A DNA stretch of 64,000 nt from Squalus acanthias (lineage: Eukaryota). Under the pieces are notes generated by a model. The model made no database searches and had not been told where the DNA came from. It saw only the letters and a list, made by a program, of their open reading frames with translations. How positions within the stretch are numbered: position 1 is the first letter of the stretch; every line of letters begins with the position of its first letter. The stretch lies in contig CM059449.1 of assembly GCA_030390025.1 (NCBI GenBank), positions 21,390,001 through 21,454,000 on the forward strand, in the 5' to 3' direction. The position numbers were made by a program, and so were the translations under genes. Shown here piece after piece: positions 36,321 through 49,316 of this stretch.

Positions 36321-38074
36321 CCTTTGTTTTCTGTGGAAGGACTGGAGAAAATAGCCTAGAAAGGAACGACTAAGCGTTAAATTTATAGTGATACGCCAAA
36401 ATTTTGCAGCGCAAATTTACCCAAGTCCCACTCTATTAGTGCGAAATTAAATGTGTACAAACCCCCGGGTCTTCAATGTGGAGAACAGCCCAAAACCTCA
36501 TTGACATGACGATACGGGGATCGAGTTCAATCCAACTGCCTTGACTAACACGTTTGAGTCCGGACCTGCTGCTCCAGCAACATCCCTCCCGATACACTAT
36601 AGCCGTGAAGAGTTATGGAGTGGGTTTATTGCGTGCTAGTTCTACTGTAGCTCCCCACGGATTCCGAACAGTTTGAGTTTGTTATATTAGGTGGCCATCT
36701 ATTGGAAATACTATTTAAGCACTAGCTATGGCTGGTGTATATTAAAAAAACCAGCAAGTTTATGATAATTTGTGCCGATCAGATTTTGGCAGCTAACACC
36801 GCCGAGGCAGTGATAGCTTTTCTGAGCCCTTGGATGTGCTGAGTTACTTTCCCCACCGCAAGTTGGATAATAGCATTTACGGCGCTTCAATAACGAATCC
36901 TGTGCGCATTCATGGAGAAAAATGCAACATCAGGCACCTTGCTGATCTAACTCCGGGAAGATATCGATTCAATTCTGCATGGGAATATCATCTCATTTTT
37001 CTCCAAGAAGACAAGGAGTGAGTAAGCCTCTTACAGGCGTGTGGAAGATCCTTATTGAGATTTGGAGGTTGCTCGGCGAAATGACAAGCCTGGGATAATT
37101 TCAGTGTAAAATTGACGAGAACGTATCGGCAGCCCGTTATCCGCCCCTCCCGATTTTGTTTTGCATTGAAGTTAATCATGATATGGACCATTTTACACTG
37201 TTAACAAACGTTAAACATACTGAAAAGCAGTGCAGCTGCGCCGCTTACTGGACATCTTCGGTCTAACAGAACAATCCACTTGCCTTGCCAACTCATATGA
37301 AAATAAAATCCGGCGCAATCAATGACTAGATCACCGCCAAACTTCTAGGTTCAAAGTTGATCAGAATGGGAATTTGACGTCTTCTTGCTTGGGATCACGA
37401 AAACCGTTGGATCTAACGTGTGCACATATTATTATGCAGGTGTCTGTTCAGTGTTGCCTGCTTTAAGCTTCCTCTTTCCATTGCTGTTGGGGAAGGCTAG
37501 CCATCAGTCACTTTACATGTATTCTTATCTGCCCGAGCTTGCAGATCGTGGCTGAAGTGTTTTTTCGCTGTCAGTAATGCTGAATTTCACTGAAATTGTG
37601 TTTCTGCTACCAGATAAGTTTCCTTTCCCAGTCCTGTCTTCCAGAGTTCGACTGCTTAAAAATGACAGCTCACAGTTGCTTTAAAAGAATTGGACGTGGA
37701 AATTGGATATATCAAAGAAATGCGCAGTGCAAAGACTATTTGAGGTTAAGCTACGCCACCTGAATATGGGCTACGCAGCTCGCAATATTCGTGCCCACTC
37801 TTCAATAACGTGATTATAGCCATGATTTTAGTGTTAATAGTGGTGCTCCAGGCTTTTTACTAAACCAGCGGACCAGTATCGGGGCGAGTCTAATACAGAG
37901 TAATGATTGCCACAGGCCTTTTCCATTACTTAAACGGGAGCTACATTAATGTTGCAGCACCTCATTGGCAGTGTGGTTGGATGTTTACCTGCCCCAACAG
38001 TAAAGAAGCTTCAGGAGCAGGAACATAATTTGCAAGTGATCATGACAGAACCTAAACTGAGGGAGAAAGCCCGT

Positions 38075-38412
38075 GAGTTCAACAATTTCAAACTGTAACC
38101 TCTGCCCCCATTTTACATGCTGTTTGATTTTGTCATTCCCATTTGCAACATTTTATCTTTCCTGCCTATTACAAAAGCACAGTATATTCCTTGAATTCCT
38201 TCATCCCCCCCTTCCCCACCCGCCCCCGTCTCTGCACCTGCTTAATATCTGTACAATCTCCAGCATTTTTCAGTTCTGATGAAGGGACCCAGACCTGAAA
38301 CGTTAACTCTGTTTCTCTCTCCACGGATGCTGCCTGGCCTGCTGAGTGTTTCCACCGTTTTCTGTTGTTATTTCAGATTTCCAGCATTCGCAGTATTTTG
38401 CTACTGTATTAA
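38075..38412 (+). mobile_element. Solo Penelope terminal-repeat fragment with a hammerhead motif at 38272-38308
   Basis: Reverse complement of 33405-33850 (CAGTTCTGATGAAGGG...ACCTGAAACGTTAACTCTGTTTCTCTCT...CAGATTTCCAGCAT). Confidence 0.85.
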
Positions 38413-38707
38413 AAAGTGGTGTTCGGAGAGATGTAGGAGTCCTAGTTCATTGGGGCAAAATTCATTATCGCCCAGGAATGCGTGCTAACTTCTGAAACGT
38501 CTGCGATTTAGTGCCCGGCGCTTAGGAATCTCACTGCATGCAAAATTCAGTGTCATCGCTCAAAGAAAGGATGGGAGTGCTAAATCAAGGACTAATGACC
38601 TAACTCAGTGGCGGTAAAGTAAAAGTGCTAAGCAATTTCAGGTGCAGTCTCATCTCTAGAGATCAGTGCAACAGGCTCTTTCCATTTCTTAAAGTGCAGG
38701 TTCAAAC

Positions 38708-40680
38708 ATGCTGCAGAATCTCATTCTCAGCATTGCTGGTTCTGCAGCTGTCTCAGCAAGCAGCAGAAGGCCAAGGAGAAGAGCCGGTTCACTGAAGGAG
38801 GTGTCATTATGGCAGATCAAAGGCCCAGGGCATTGGAGGCGTTGGTCTTCGCTGTGGAGAGACGGAAGGTGGTGCTGTACCCAGCAAGTGGCAGGAGGCC
38901 CTCGCCGCAAGTCTTCCATGCCATGTGGAGGGAGGTAGACCAGCAGGTCTCGGGCAGCACTGTGGTCCCCAGGACCCACACAGTGAAGGAAGAAATTTAA
39001 CGGCATCACTTGGGTGGTCAGGTTGAGTCAATACTTCAACAAATGCTAAATACCACCTTCTGAACAACAGTCTGCAAACACTGCCCAAAGCACCACAGCC
39101 CCAGCACTCACCCACCAACAATCACCAATTATCAACACTCACACCCACATCTCACACCTTGCACACATTGACAGCTATTCAACTATGGCAGGCACATCTC
39201 CCAAAAATGCTGCTCCACACTCACTCACACACTATCCTCTCTCTTGCAAGACAAGGTCGCTCACAACAGGAAGGAGCAGGAGCGCATAGGCGTGGGACAA
39301 TTTTAGACCCAACCACATTCTGAGTTGGATGAAAGAGTGTTGCAGGTGGTGGCAGCCGTGGCCACCGGCGACGTGAACCTCTTGAGGACAACAATGGTAT
39401 TTTCATCCCCACTCCTTCTCACATCCCACTTCCCCCTCATCCCACAAGCCTTTCCCACTTTCCAGCTAATCATGCAGTATGCATGTCTTTCTCCCTCCCG
39501 ACCCCCGTTCCTCACTTTAACACGACGCCTGTACCTTTTATGGTACCCTCAGGGACAGGTTGCTCAGCTGCTTGCTGATTATCTGAAAGCATAAAGTCAA
39601 GCAGCTGGGCAGCCTGTGCCTGAGAGTACCATAGAGAGTGAGGCGGAAGAAGTTGAGGACCAAGAACACACCGCGTCACTGCATGTCTCACCCGCAGGCA
39701 ACAGCTCAGATACTGGCACTTTGCATTCTGTAGAGGCTAGTGTAGTAGCAGGATCTGCAAAGTGTGATGCACAGGGAACGAGCAGGCTGCAGCAAGACCG
39801 GGGTAAAGGGTAGGTTTGGAGTCAGGTCTCAAGAGCGCGAATTTGCGCGTGAGTTCTGCTGCACAGGACTCAGATGACGACCTCGTTGGGGAGGCCTTTA
39901 GAAGAAGGGTGATGGGCATGCACAGGGAGTTGATAGGTGCAATGTCAAGTGTGCCTGAGAGCCTCACGGCAAAGCTAAGGAGCGTGGATGAGTCCGCCTC
40001 CTTGCACAGACCTCTGCTCACACCATGGAGCACATCATTTGCAGTCTGCAAAGAATGGTGAACTCCCAGAGAAAACGTGGTGACCCAGACCTGATGCCGC
40101 GGGTGATGGGCGATGTCGCAGCTTCAATTGCAGCACAGGCAGAAGCCACATAATGTCTTATTGCAGTAATGTAATCAATGCTTGGTGCCATCGATTCTAA
40201 GACTGCTCTCCGCTTTCTCAGCTTGATGCCATGCAAGCTCTGAATGCTGCCATCGTGGCTGTGTCTCGAACAGACCTCCGGGGCTTTCACGGTGTCGCAA
40301 CAGCTTGGCAGTGATGCTGAGTTGCTTCACCGGAGGAGTGCCAGTGAGTCAGTGGAGCAGGAAGCTGCTATCCTCTCTGCGGATGACAGAATTCCTGTTC
40401 CCACCACTGGCACTCCGACATTGCCCTTGACGCTGCCTGACATCCAGCCAGCCCAGACTGCTGCCACCTATGCTGAGTGGTGCCGTCTAGAGCCGGGCCT
40501 TCAATGCCCAGTACTGGTCGAGGACGTCTTGCAAGGACATCCGAAGTCTCCCGCACGGGCACTCAGCAGTCTTCCACCCGCCGTGCTGCAGCCAGTGGCC
40601 CATTATTCGTAGGAGCACTAGAGTCGGCAAAGGCACTGTAACGAGGGGCACTAAGGGATTGCACAAGGGAGAATAGTTAA
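38708..40680 (+). pseudogene. Harbinger Myb/SANT-like DNA-binding protein gene remnant (spliced)
   Basis: RFTE...ALEALVFAVERRKVVLYP...WREV...VS...RT; donor near 39022; next exon KVAHNRKEQERIG (near 39251); acidic linker further on. Confidence 0.7.
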
Positions 40681-40782
40681 TATTGTTGTTGTAAGTATGT
40701 GTTCACTGATTATTGGTCAATGTATTAATTGAATTCGGATGATTTTGTAGTGTCTGTCATTTTTTTAAAATTCGGTAATTGG

Positions 40783-43760
40783 ATGTGGACGTCGCTGGCA
40801 AGGACAGCATTCATTGCCCATCCCTAGTTGCCCTAGAGTAGGTGGTGGTGAGCCGCCTTCTTGAACCGCTGCAGTCCGTGTGGTGAAGGTACTCCCACAG
40901 TGCTGTTAGGGCGGGAGTTCCAGTATTTTGAACGAACGACGATGGAGGAACGGCGATCTACTTTCAATCAGGAGGGTGTGCGACTTGGAGGGGAACTTGG
41001 AGGTGGTGGAATTCTCATGCGCCTGCTGCCCTTGTCCTTCTAGGTAGTAGAGGTCGCGGATTTGGGAGGTGCTGCCGAAGAAGCCTTGGAGAGTTGCTGC
41101 AGGGCATTTTGCAGATGGTACACACTGCAGCCACGGTACGCCTGTGGTGTAGGGAGTGAATGTTTAAGGTGGTGGATTTGGTGCCAATCAAGAAGGTTGC
41201 TTTGTCTTGGATGGTGTTGAGCTTCTTGAGTGTTTTTGGAGCTGCACTCATCCATGCAAGAGGTGAGTATTCCATCACACTCCTGACTTGTGCCTTGTAG
41301 ATGGTGGAAAGGTTTTGGTAGTTCGGAGGTGAGACACACGCCGCAGAATACCGAGCCTCTGACCTGCTCGTGTTGCCACAGTATTTATATCGCTGATCCA
41401 GTTAAGTTTCTGGTCAATGGTGACACTCAGGATATTGATGGTGGGGCAAAGTTAGCGGCAGCTGTGGTTAGATGCTGGCTTATTGGAGATAGTTATTGCT
41501 TGGCACTTGTTTTGCGTGAATGCTACCTGCCATTTATCAGCCAAGCCTCAATGTCGTCCAGGTTTGCTGCATGTGGGCAAGGACTGCTTCATTATCTGAG
41601 GAGTTACGAATGGCACTGAGCACTGTGCAGTCGTCAGCGAACATCCCACCTTCTGTCCTTATGTTGGAGGGAAGCTCATTGATGAAGCAGCTGAAGAGGA
41701 TTGGGCCTACGACACTGCCCTGAGGAACTCGTAGAGCGATGCCGTGGGGCTTTGATGATTGAACTCCAAACAACGAAAACCATCTGCCTTTGTACTGTGT
41801 ATGACTCAAGCCTTTGGAGTGTCCTCCCCCGATTCCCATTGTTTTCAGTTTTACTGGGGTTCCTTGATGCAGCACTCGGTCAAATGTTGCCTTGTTGTCA
41901 AGGGCAGTCACTCTCACCTCACCTCTGGAATTCAGCTATTTTCTCCATGATAGGATCAACGCTGTAATAACATCTGGAGCCGAGTGGGCCTGGCGAAACA
42001 CAAACTGGGCATCAGTGAGCAGGTTATTGGTGAGTAAGTGCTGCTTAATAAAAATGTCGACGACCCCATCCTTCACTTTGCTGATGATTGAGAGTAGACT
42101 GATTGGGCGGTAATTGATCGGATTGAATTTGTCGTTTTTGTGGACAGGACATACCTGGCAGATTTCCACATTGTCGATAGATGCCAGATTTATAGCAGTA
42201 CTGGAAGTGCTTGGCTTGAGGCGCGGCTAGTTCTGGAGCACACGTCTTCAGCACGACAGCCGGGATGTTGTCGGCGCCCTCAACATTTGCTGTATCCAGG
42301 GCGCTCAGCATTTCTTGATATCACGTGGAGTGAATCCAATAGGCTGAAGACTAGCTTCTTTGATGGTGGGGGACCTCAGGAGCAGACAGATATGCATGAT
42401 TCTCTTGGCACGTCTGGCTGAAGATGGAGGCACACACTTCAGCTTTGTCTTCGGCTGGGCTTCACCATCATTCAGGATGGAGATATTCATGGAGCCTACT
42501 CCTCCCGTTATTTGCTTAATGGTCCAATACCAATCACGACTAGATGTTGCAGACTGCAGAGCTTTGATCTGATTTGTTGATTGTGGAATTGCTTAGCTCT
42601 GTCCATAGCATGCTGCTTCCGCCATTTAGCATTTAAGCCGTCCTGTGTTGCAGCTTCCGCAGGTTTGCACAATATTTTAAGGTACGCCTGGTGCTGCTCC
42701 TGGCATGCTCTTCTACATTCCTATTGAACAAGTTTGGTTTCCTTGGCTTGTTGGTAATGGTAGAGTCAGGGATATGCCGGGCCATGAGATTACAGATTGT
42801 GGTGGAATACAATTCTGCTACTGCTGTTGGCCCAGAGGGCATCATGGATGCCCAGTTTTGAGCTGCCAGATATGTTCTGAATCTATCCCATTTAACACGG
42901 TGGTAGTGCCACACAACACGATGGAGGATGTCCTCAGTGTGAAGGCGGGGTTTCATCCCACAATGACTGTGCGGTGGTCAACGCTCCCAGTCCTGTCATG
43001 GACACATGCATCTGCGACGGGTAGATTGGTGAGGACGAGGTCAAGTAGGTTTCTCCCTCGTGTTGGTTCTCTCACCATCTGTCTCATGCCCAGTCTGGCA
43101 GCTATGTCCTTCATGAATCGGCCAGCTCATCATTAGTGGTGCTACCGATTTACTCTTGGTGATGGACATTGAAGTTCCCCACTCAGAGTACATTCTGTGC
43201 CTTTGCAGCTCTCAGTTCTTCTTCCAAGTGTTGTTCAACATAAAGGAGTACTGATTCATTAGCTGAGGAATGGCGGTAGATGTTAATCAGCAGGATGTTT
43301 CCTTGTCCATGATTGACCTGAAGTCATGCGACTTCATGGGGTCCTGGATCAATGTTGAGGACTCCCAGGGCCAATCCTTCCCGATTGTATACCATTGTGC
43401 CGCCACCCCTGGTGGGTCTGTCCTGCCGGTGTGACAGGACATACCCAGCGAAGGTGATGGAGGTGTTTGGGACATTGGATGAAAGATATAATTCTGTGAT
43501 TATGATTGTGTCAACCGGTTGCTTGACTAGTCTGTGGGACAGCTCTACAAATGTTGGCACAATTCCCCAGATGATGGTGCGGACTTTGCTGGGTCGACTG
43601 GCCTGGGTGTGCCATTGTCGTGACCATAGCCGTTGCAGAGATCGAAACCCGGGTGGTGCGTCCGGTTTTATTCTTTTTGCTTTTCGTAGCAGCTTTTTTT
43701 ACAACTGAGTGGCTTGCTAGGCCATTTCAGAGAGCAGTTAAGAGCCAACCACATTTCAGC
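40783..43760 (-). mobile_element. LINE (CR1/L2 group) with EN+RT, inserted inside the Harbinger element
   Basis: IIITELYL...GYVLSHRQDRPTRGGG; NYRPISLLSIISKV; VPQGSVVGPILFSCFINEL...MFADDCTV; MEYSPLAWMSAA...IHSLHHRRTVAAVCTICKM. Confidence 0.9.
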
Positions 43761-43829
43761 TTTGCGCTGTGAAATGGCCTGCGACAGGGATGGAATGATG
43801 GGGATGTGGTGTGCAATGGAGATCTGGGG

Positions 43830-44990
43830 TTTAATTTATTGAAACCGCAGCCTGATGAGGCAGTCATGGACCGTCCTTCCAGAAGGCCGATTGAGTGGTT
43901 GCCTCCTCCCTCACTCTCTTACTCCTCCGCCTCTCCCTCTTCCTCCTCCTGAGATCATCCCACAATCTCTGGTGGCAAGTGTTGCACCCTCATGATGGCT
44001 AATTTGTGGAGCATGTGCTAGACCACGATGAAATGGGACACCCGCTTCGGCGAGTACTTGATGGCTCCTACCGTGCGGTGAAGGCAGCGGACCGTTGCTT
44101 GAGCACAGCGAAGGTATGCTCGATGATGTTCCTGGTGGCACCATGGCTCTCATTATATGAGTTCTGAGCAGAAGTGCTGGGGTTGCGGAAGGGAGTCTTT
44201 AGCCAGGTGGAGAGTGGATAGACATTGTCTCCGAATAGCCAGCCGCGAGCTTGATGTGGCACCTGGAAGCATGCTGGCAGAGCGCTCTGGCGTAGGATGA
44301 AAGCATCGTGGCTGCTGCCAGGAAAATGGTCATTCATATTGAGGATTTGCTGTCTGTGATCGCACACCAAATGCACATTAAGTGAATGGTAACCTTTGCG
44401 GTTACGAAGACCTCAGATTATTATCCAGTGCCCGCAAAGCCACGTGGGTACAGTCAATGGCGCCTTGCACCATGGGGAAGTCCGTTATCCTGGCAAAGCC
44501 ACATGTACGTTCGTTCTCGCTTCTCTCTGGTAATGCCAAAGGAAAGGCTAGCCCTTTGTCCTAATGTAGAGAGCCTCTGTGACCTCCTGGGTATACCAAC
44601 GGATGACGACTGCCAGATGTTCGCTATATCGCCTGCTGCAGACTGGAGGGAACAGCCGACGAAGAAATTGAGGCTCACGCTGACCTTGACTGCCACTGAC
44701 AGTACTGTGGTCGACCTGATATGAGGCTCGAGGTCTGGTTGCAGGAGGTGGCAAAGTTCGGTGACCACATCCTTTCTGAAGTGGAGCCTTCTAATGCACT
44801 GCTCCTCGCTTAATTGGAGGCAGGAGAAGTGCTGTTGGAATACCGCGGAGGATACGGCCTCGGTTGAGAGCCCTGATGGCCCTCCTCAACCCTGTGGACA
44901 CATTTTGCAATCTTTCCCACAGCCTCTGCTCCGTCGACAGTAGATCCTGGAGGGCGAGGTCGTCTGTCAGTAAAGCCCCCATTTTGTCAG
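43830..44990 (-). pseudogene. Harbinger (HARBI1-like) DDE transposase remnant
   Basis: VTELCHLLQPDL...LSVAVKVSVSLNFF; GAIDCTHV; LVCDHRQQIL...FPGSSHDAFILRQS...GDNVYPLSTWLKTP...YNESHGATRNIIEHTFAVLKQR. Confidence 0.92.
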
Positions 44991-46109
44991 AATAAATGTA
45001 ATACATTTTTATTAGCCACAACACTTCTGATAGTAAAGAACGTTTAAATGACTCAATTAAACTCTTGCACAATCGAAAACTAACAAGGAAGCAGTGAAAC
45101 AGAAATAAACTGACAGCTGCGACTGAGCCCTTTAAATAGCGCCCCTAAAGCCGCCATCGGCATGCTTCACGCTTTCTCTTCCTGTTGTTGGGGTGAGGCA
45201 CTATAGCAGGGGCCGTTAATCGATTTGGCAGATCGAGCGCTGACTGAGCGTTGCTGACATCTCGAACTGCCTAGCGCTAAAGCCCCCGCCATCAACGCGT
45301 AGCGGCGGCGCTAATGGGCGACTCTATTTGGTGTGCGGTGCTGAATTCGCCTCGCACCAGTGGTAATTCCTTAGCGATCCATCAGCGTCCTAGCCAGTTG
45401 CTAGGCGGAGGCTTCCAGCACCCGAGGGAGTACTAACGGGGCGCAAAGCAACTAGCGCCCAGGTGCGGCGCCGCTAACGCCGTCCACGAAATACAGCAGG
45501 AGCTTAGCAGCGGCAGTAGCCGGTAGCACCCCGTGGCGCTTGGCATCCGGGGATGACGTCATCGCCGTGCGCAGTGGCCTGCTCGCGCCCTGGCTGCGAA
45601 CTTGGCTGGCGCCCCCTGACCTACTGCCGGACGTTAAGTCCGCCAGGGACATGGGGACGTTCATGCGGCCGGGCTGGCCATAATTAGAGAGCAGGTGCTA
45701 GGTGACCATTTTCTTTAGTCCCGCCTGCCAGTGCATGCCCCCTCTGGTCTCCTGCTGCGGGTGCCGGCCGCCATCCGTCAGCCAGGCTCTCCTCTTGAGT
45801 GCAGGGCTCTTTTGCCGGCACCCTGCTTCCTGATGGACCAGCAGGGCCTCGGTTCACGCAGCTCTGGGTCCCGCCACTCTAAACCGAGGAGGGAGGCCTG
45901 CAGTGCCACGCCGTGATATTCCATGGGAGCACCCTATGAGGGAGGGGGCGTGCTTCCAGTAGCACCCCGCCTCCTCCTTGGGGCGCTACAATTGAATTTC
46001 GGGCGCGGTGGTGCTAACTTTTTCGGGGTGCTTAAAAGTAGTATCCCGGCGAAGTTAGTGCCCCAAAGGGGGAGCGAGTCAATTTGCCCCCGCCCCCCAT
46101 AAGTTTCTG

Positions 46110-46482
46110 AGGGGGATTGAAAGGATAAACGCTGAGAGATTGTTTCCCCTTGCTGGAGAGTCCAGAACTAGGGGTCATAGTGTCAGGAAAATGGGTGGGC
46201 CTTTTAAGTCTGAGATGTGGGAATTTCTTCATTCAGATGGTTGTGAATCTTCAGAAATCTCTGCCCTAAAGTGCTGTGGATGCTCTGTCGTTGATTATAT
46301 TCAAGGTCGAGATAGATAGATTTTCTGACTCCAGAGAAATCAAGGGATATGTGGTTAGTGCAGAAAAGTGGAGTTGAGGTCTAAGATCATCATGATCTTA
46401 TTGAATGGCGGATATGGTTCGAAGGGCCGGTGGTCTACTGCTGCTGTTAATTATTTTGTTCTTATGTTCTTCTGTTCTTATG
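46110..46482 (+). mobile_element. CR1 3' fragment
   Basis: GAGTCCAGAACTAGGGGTCATAG...GAATTTCTTCATTCAGATGGTTGTGAATCTT...TTCTTATGTTCTT tail. Confidence 0.85.
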
Positions 46483-46964
46483 AAAACAGGATATTTCTGG
46501 TAAACAAACGGGAGCAATGACTCCCAAAAATCATAGCAACCTACAGTTTCCTTATGATTTACCGGAATAGTTTTTTTATTGAGATTTATAGATAGATTTT
46601 GTTAATACTAGCAGATAAAGGAGGTGAATTGGACTAGGGTAGTCAAGCAAAAGAGGCATTATTGCATCGGTTGTCCATTCTACACCCTGCCCAATATTCA
46701 TTTATATTGACTTCAATAGAACTGAATCGGGTGTGTCCTATAAGGGCGCCAAATGTGATTCCGCCTGCTCTGCTGCCACGCCCATGAACACGTTCACCCC
46801 CATACTAATGCAGGCATTTGTATTACGTTGAGGAAGTTGTTGACGCACTTACAATTAATTGGTTAACGCCCACTCTTCAAACAGTAGTTAGATGATTGTC
46901 TCAGAAACACGCTACACGTTAATCTATTATCGCTAAAAGTATTTTCTTAACTATAGTTTCATCT

Positions 46965-47340
46965 TGGTTTAGTGTGTCTCATTCTCGCCTCTCAGTTAGT
47001 AACTTTGGGTTTGAAATCACATTCCAGGAATTGAACATATAATCTATACTGACACTCCTGTGTAGTACTGAGGGTCGGTAGACCTGTACATTAAACGGAG
47101 GTCCTGTGCATTCTGTTCCAGTAGTGCAAACCGATGTTAATAATCCCATGACACTATTCGAAGCAGAGCAGGAAGTTGACCCAGTTTCCTGGCCAGCATT
47201 CCCTCCTCAGTCAACATCACCAAAATACAAATCGACTGAACACTTGGCTTAACTGTTTATGTGATCTTGCTGTGTGAAAATTCTCTGCCATGTTTATGAG
47301 AGATGTGATAAGCTGCTGCAGAAATGCAAGACATTCTTTC
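46965..47340 (+). mobile_element. Deu-domain SINE
   Basis: GACACTCC...GTACTGAGGG...TAAACGGAGGTCC...ATCCCATGACACTATTCGAAG...CCTGGCCAGCATT. Confidence 0.65.
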
Positions 47341-47664
47341 TATAGCTGCCCTGCATGTATATGATCAAACCAATATATTTGAGCAAATCTTGCACAAAAG
47401 TTAATTAAAAGAGCTAAAATACTTCCGGATTCTATTGCATATATAGTCGTACCAGAGTTTGAAATGTGTGCTCCCATTTCAAGCCCATGGACTGACTCTG
47501 CGTTTCTTAGGATCGCGCTGCAACTCAAAAATGCAGAGTACAGCAGAAACAGAAAAAAATACTCAATTCACGCAAAAGGATTATGTTATAAACCCTTGGT
47601 AACACATTAAGAAATGTAAGAGGAAATGACAGATCGTAGAGACACTCGCGTGTACGTATGTGCC

Positions 47665-48065
47665 ATGGAATGTGAAGTGATTACCATGGAATGTTCAGCG
47701 ACTATTATGGAATGATAGGGTGGTTATCATTGAATCTGAGGTGGTTAGCATGAGAAGGTAAAATGGTTATCATTGGATGCAAGATGGTTACCATTGAATA
47801 TAAAATATTTGTTTAGCGATGGCAAGACGGGTATCATTCAGTATAACATGCGTATCAAGAGATTGTACGATGGTTATCATTGAAAGCAAGTTGTTTGTCT
47901 TGGGATGGTAAGATTATCATTGAAATTAAGATGTTTATCCTCAGATGGTCAGATTGTTTTCATTGAATGTAGGATGATTCTTATGAGCTAGTTATAATTA
48001 GGTGTAAGATGATTATCGGGCGATGTTAAGATGGTTGTCATTTATTGTAGGATGGTTATCATGAG
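47665..48065 (-). repeat. Inverted copy of the 21+22 bp minisatellite
   Basis: Repeats of (G)TAAGATGGTTATCATTGAAT / ATGGTTATCATG. Confidence 0.85.
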
Positions 48066-48377
48066 ATAGAAAGCTGCAGGTTGTATTCCCATTTCACCAC
48101 ACAGGAATTTCGTCACTCAATCAGTGAGATCATAAACGTTTCCAAATGTGGACCCTTGGAAAGAGCCACAATCAGAGTATAAGTCAGCTGAGTTGTGTCA
48201 GCATGTTCCTCAGAGCCAGGTCTAGGAACGGTTACAGCAAAAATGTGGAGGAGCTAAATTGATCAGCCAATTAGCCAAAAGATTGTTTAAACATTATGGC
48301 TCAGATTTTGTGGTAAAGATAACAGTGAGGCTATCAGTGTTCACCGTTATTAAAGTCTAAATTGGACTGCAACTTGG

Positions 48378-49316
48378 CAGTGTCCTAGGCCCAACCATCT
48401 TCAGCTACTTCATCAATGACCTTCCCTCCAACATAAGGTCAGAAATGGGGATATTCGCTGAAGACTGCAGTGTTCAGCGCCATTCACAACTCCTCAGTTA
48501 ATGAAGCAGTCCATGCCAGAAAGCAACAAAACTTGGACGATGTTCAGGCCTTTGCTGAAAAGTGGCAGGTAATATTCGCGCCACAGAAGTGCGAGGCAAT
48601 AACTATCTCCAACAAGCGAGAGTCTAACCACCGCCCCTTGACAGTCAATGGCATTACCATCGCCGAATCCCCCACCATCAAAATCCTGTGGTTACCATTT
48701 ACCAGAAACTTAACTGGACAAGCCACATAAGTACTGTGGCAACAAGAGCAGGTCAAAGGCTAGGTGTAATGCGGCGAGTGTCTCACTTCCTGACACCCCA
48801 AAGCCTTTCTACCGTCTGCAAGGCCTGGATGAGTGCAGCTCCAACAGCACTCAAGAAGCTCGACACTATCCAGGACAAAGCAGCCCGTTTGATTGACACC
48901 CCATCTACCACCTTAAAGATTCACTTCTCTCCATCACTGGTGTGCCGTGGCTGCAGTGTGTACCATCTACAAGGTGCACTGTAGCATCTCGCCAAGGCTT
49001 CTTCAGCAGCACCTCCCAAAACCGCGACCTTTTCCACCTAGAAGGAGTAGGGCTGCAGGCGCATGGGAACACCACCTCCAAGTTCCCCTCCAAGTCACAC
49101 ACCATCCTGACTTAGAACTTTATCGCTGATCCTTCACCGTCGCTGGTTCAGAATCCTGGAACTCCCTACCTAACAGCACTTTGGTAGTACCTTCACCAGA
49201 CAGTCCGCAGCGGTTCAAGCAGGCGGCTCACCACCACCTTCTCAAGGACAATTAGGGATGGGCAATACATGCTGTCCTGCCAGCGACGTCCACATCCCAT
49301 GAACGAATAAAAAAAA
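48378..49316 (+). mobile_element. 5'-truncated LINE of the 40783-43760 family
   Basis: SVLGPTIFSYFINDLP...IFAEDC; WMSAAPTALKKLDTIQDKAARLI; 3' end CACATCCCATGAACGAATAAAAAAAA. Confidence 0.9.

Larger units (their letters stand above)
38452..46090. mobile_element. Two-gene PIF/Harbinger transposon with a Myb/SANT gene (+) and a transposase (-) in convergent orientation, containing a nested LINE
   Basis: Left end GGGGCAAAATTCA; right end AATTTGCCCC. The subterminal region 45100-45450 matches element 1-1280. The exact right boundary is uncertain because 45420-46090 looks compound. Confidence 0.75.

Noticed and set aside
37645-37744. Possible isolated exon (ttccag|...|gttaag) with a helical peptide TVALKELDVEIGYIKEM
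   Set aside because: The helical frame contains stops, no family is recognisable and there are no partner exons; unsupported.
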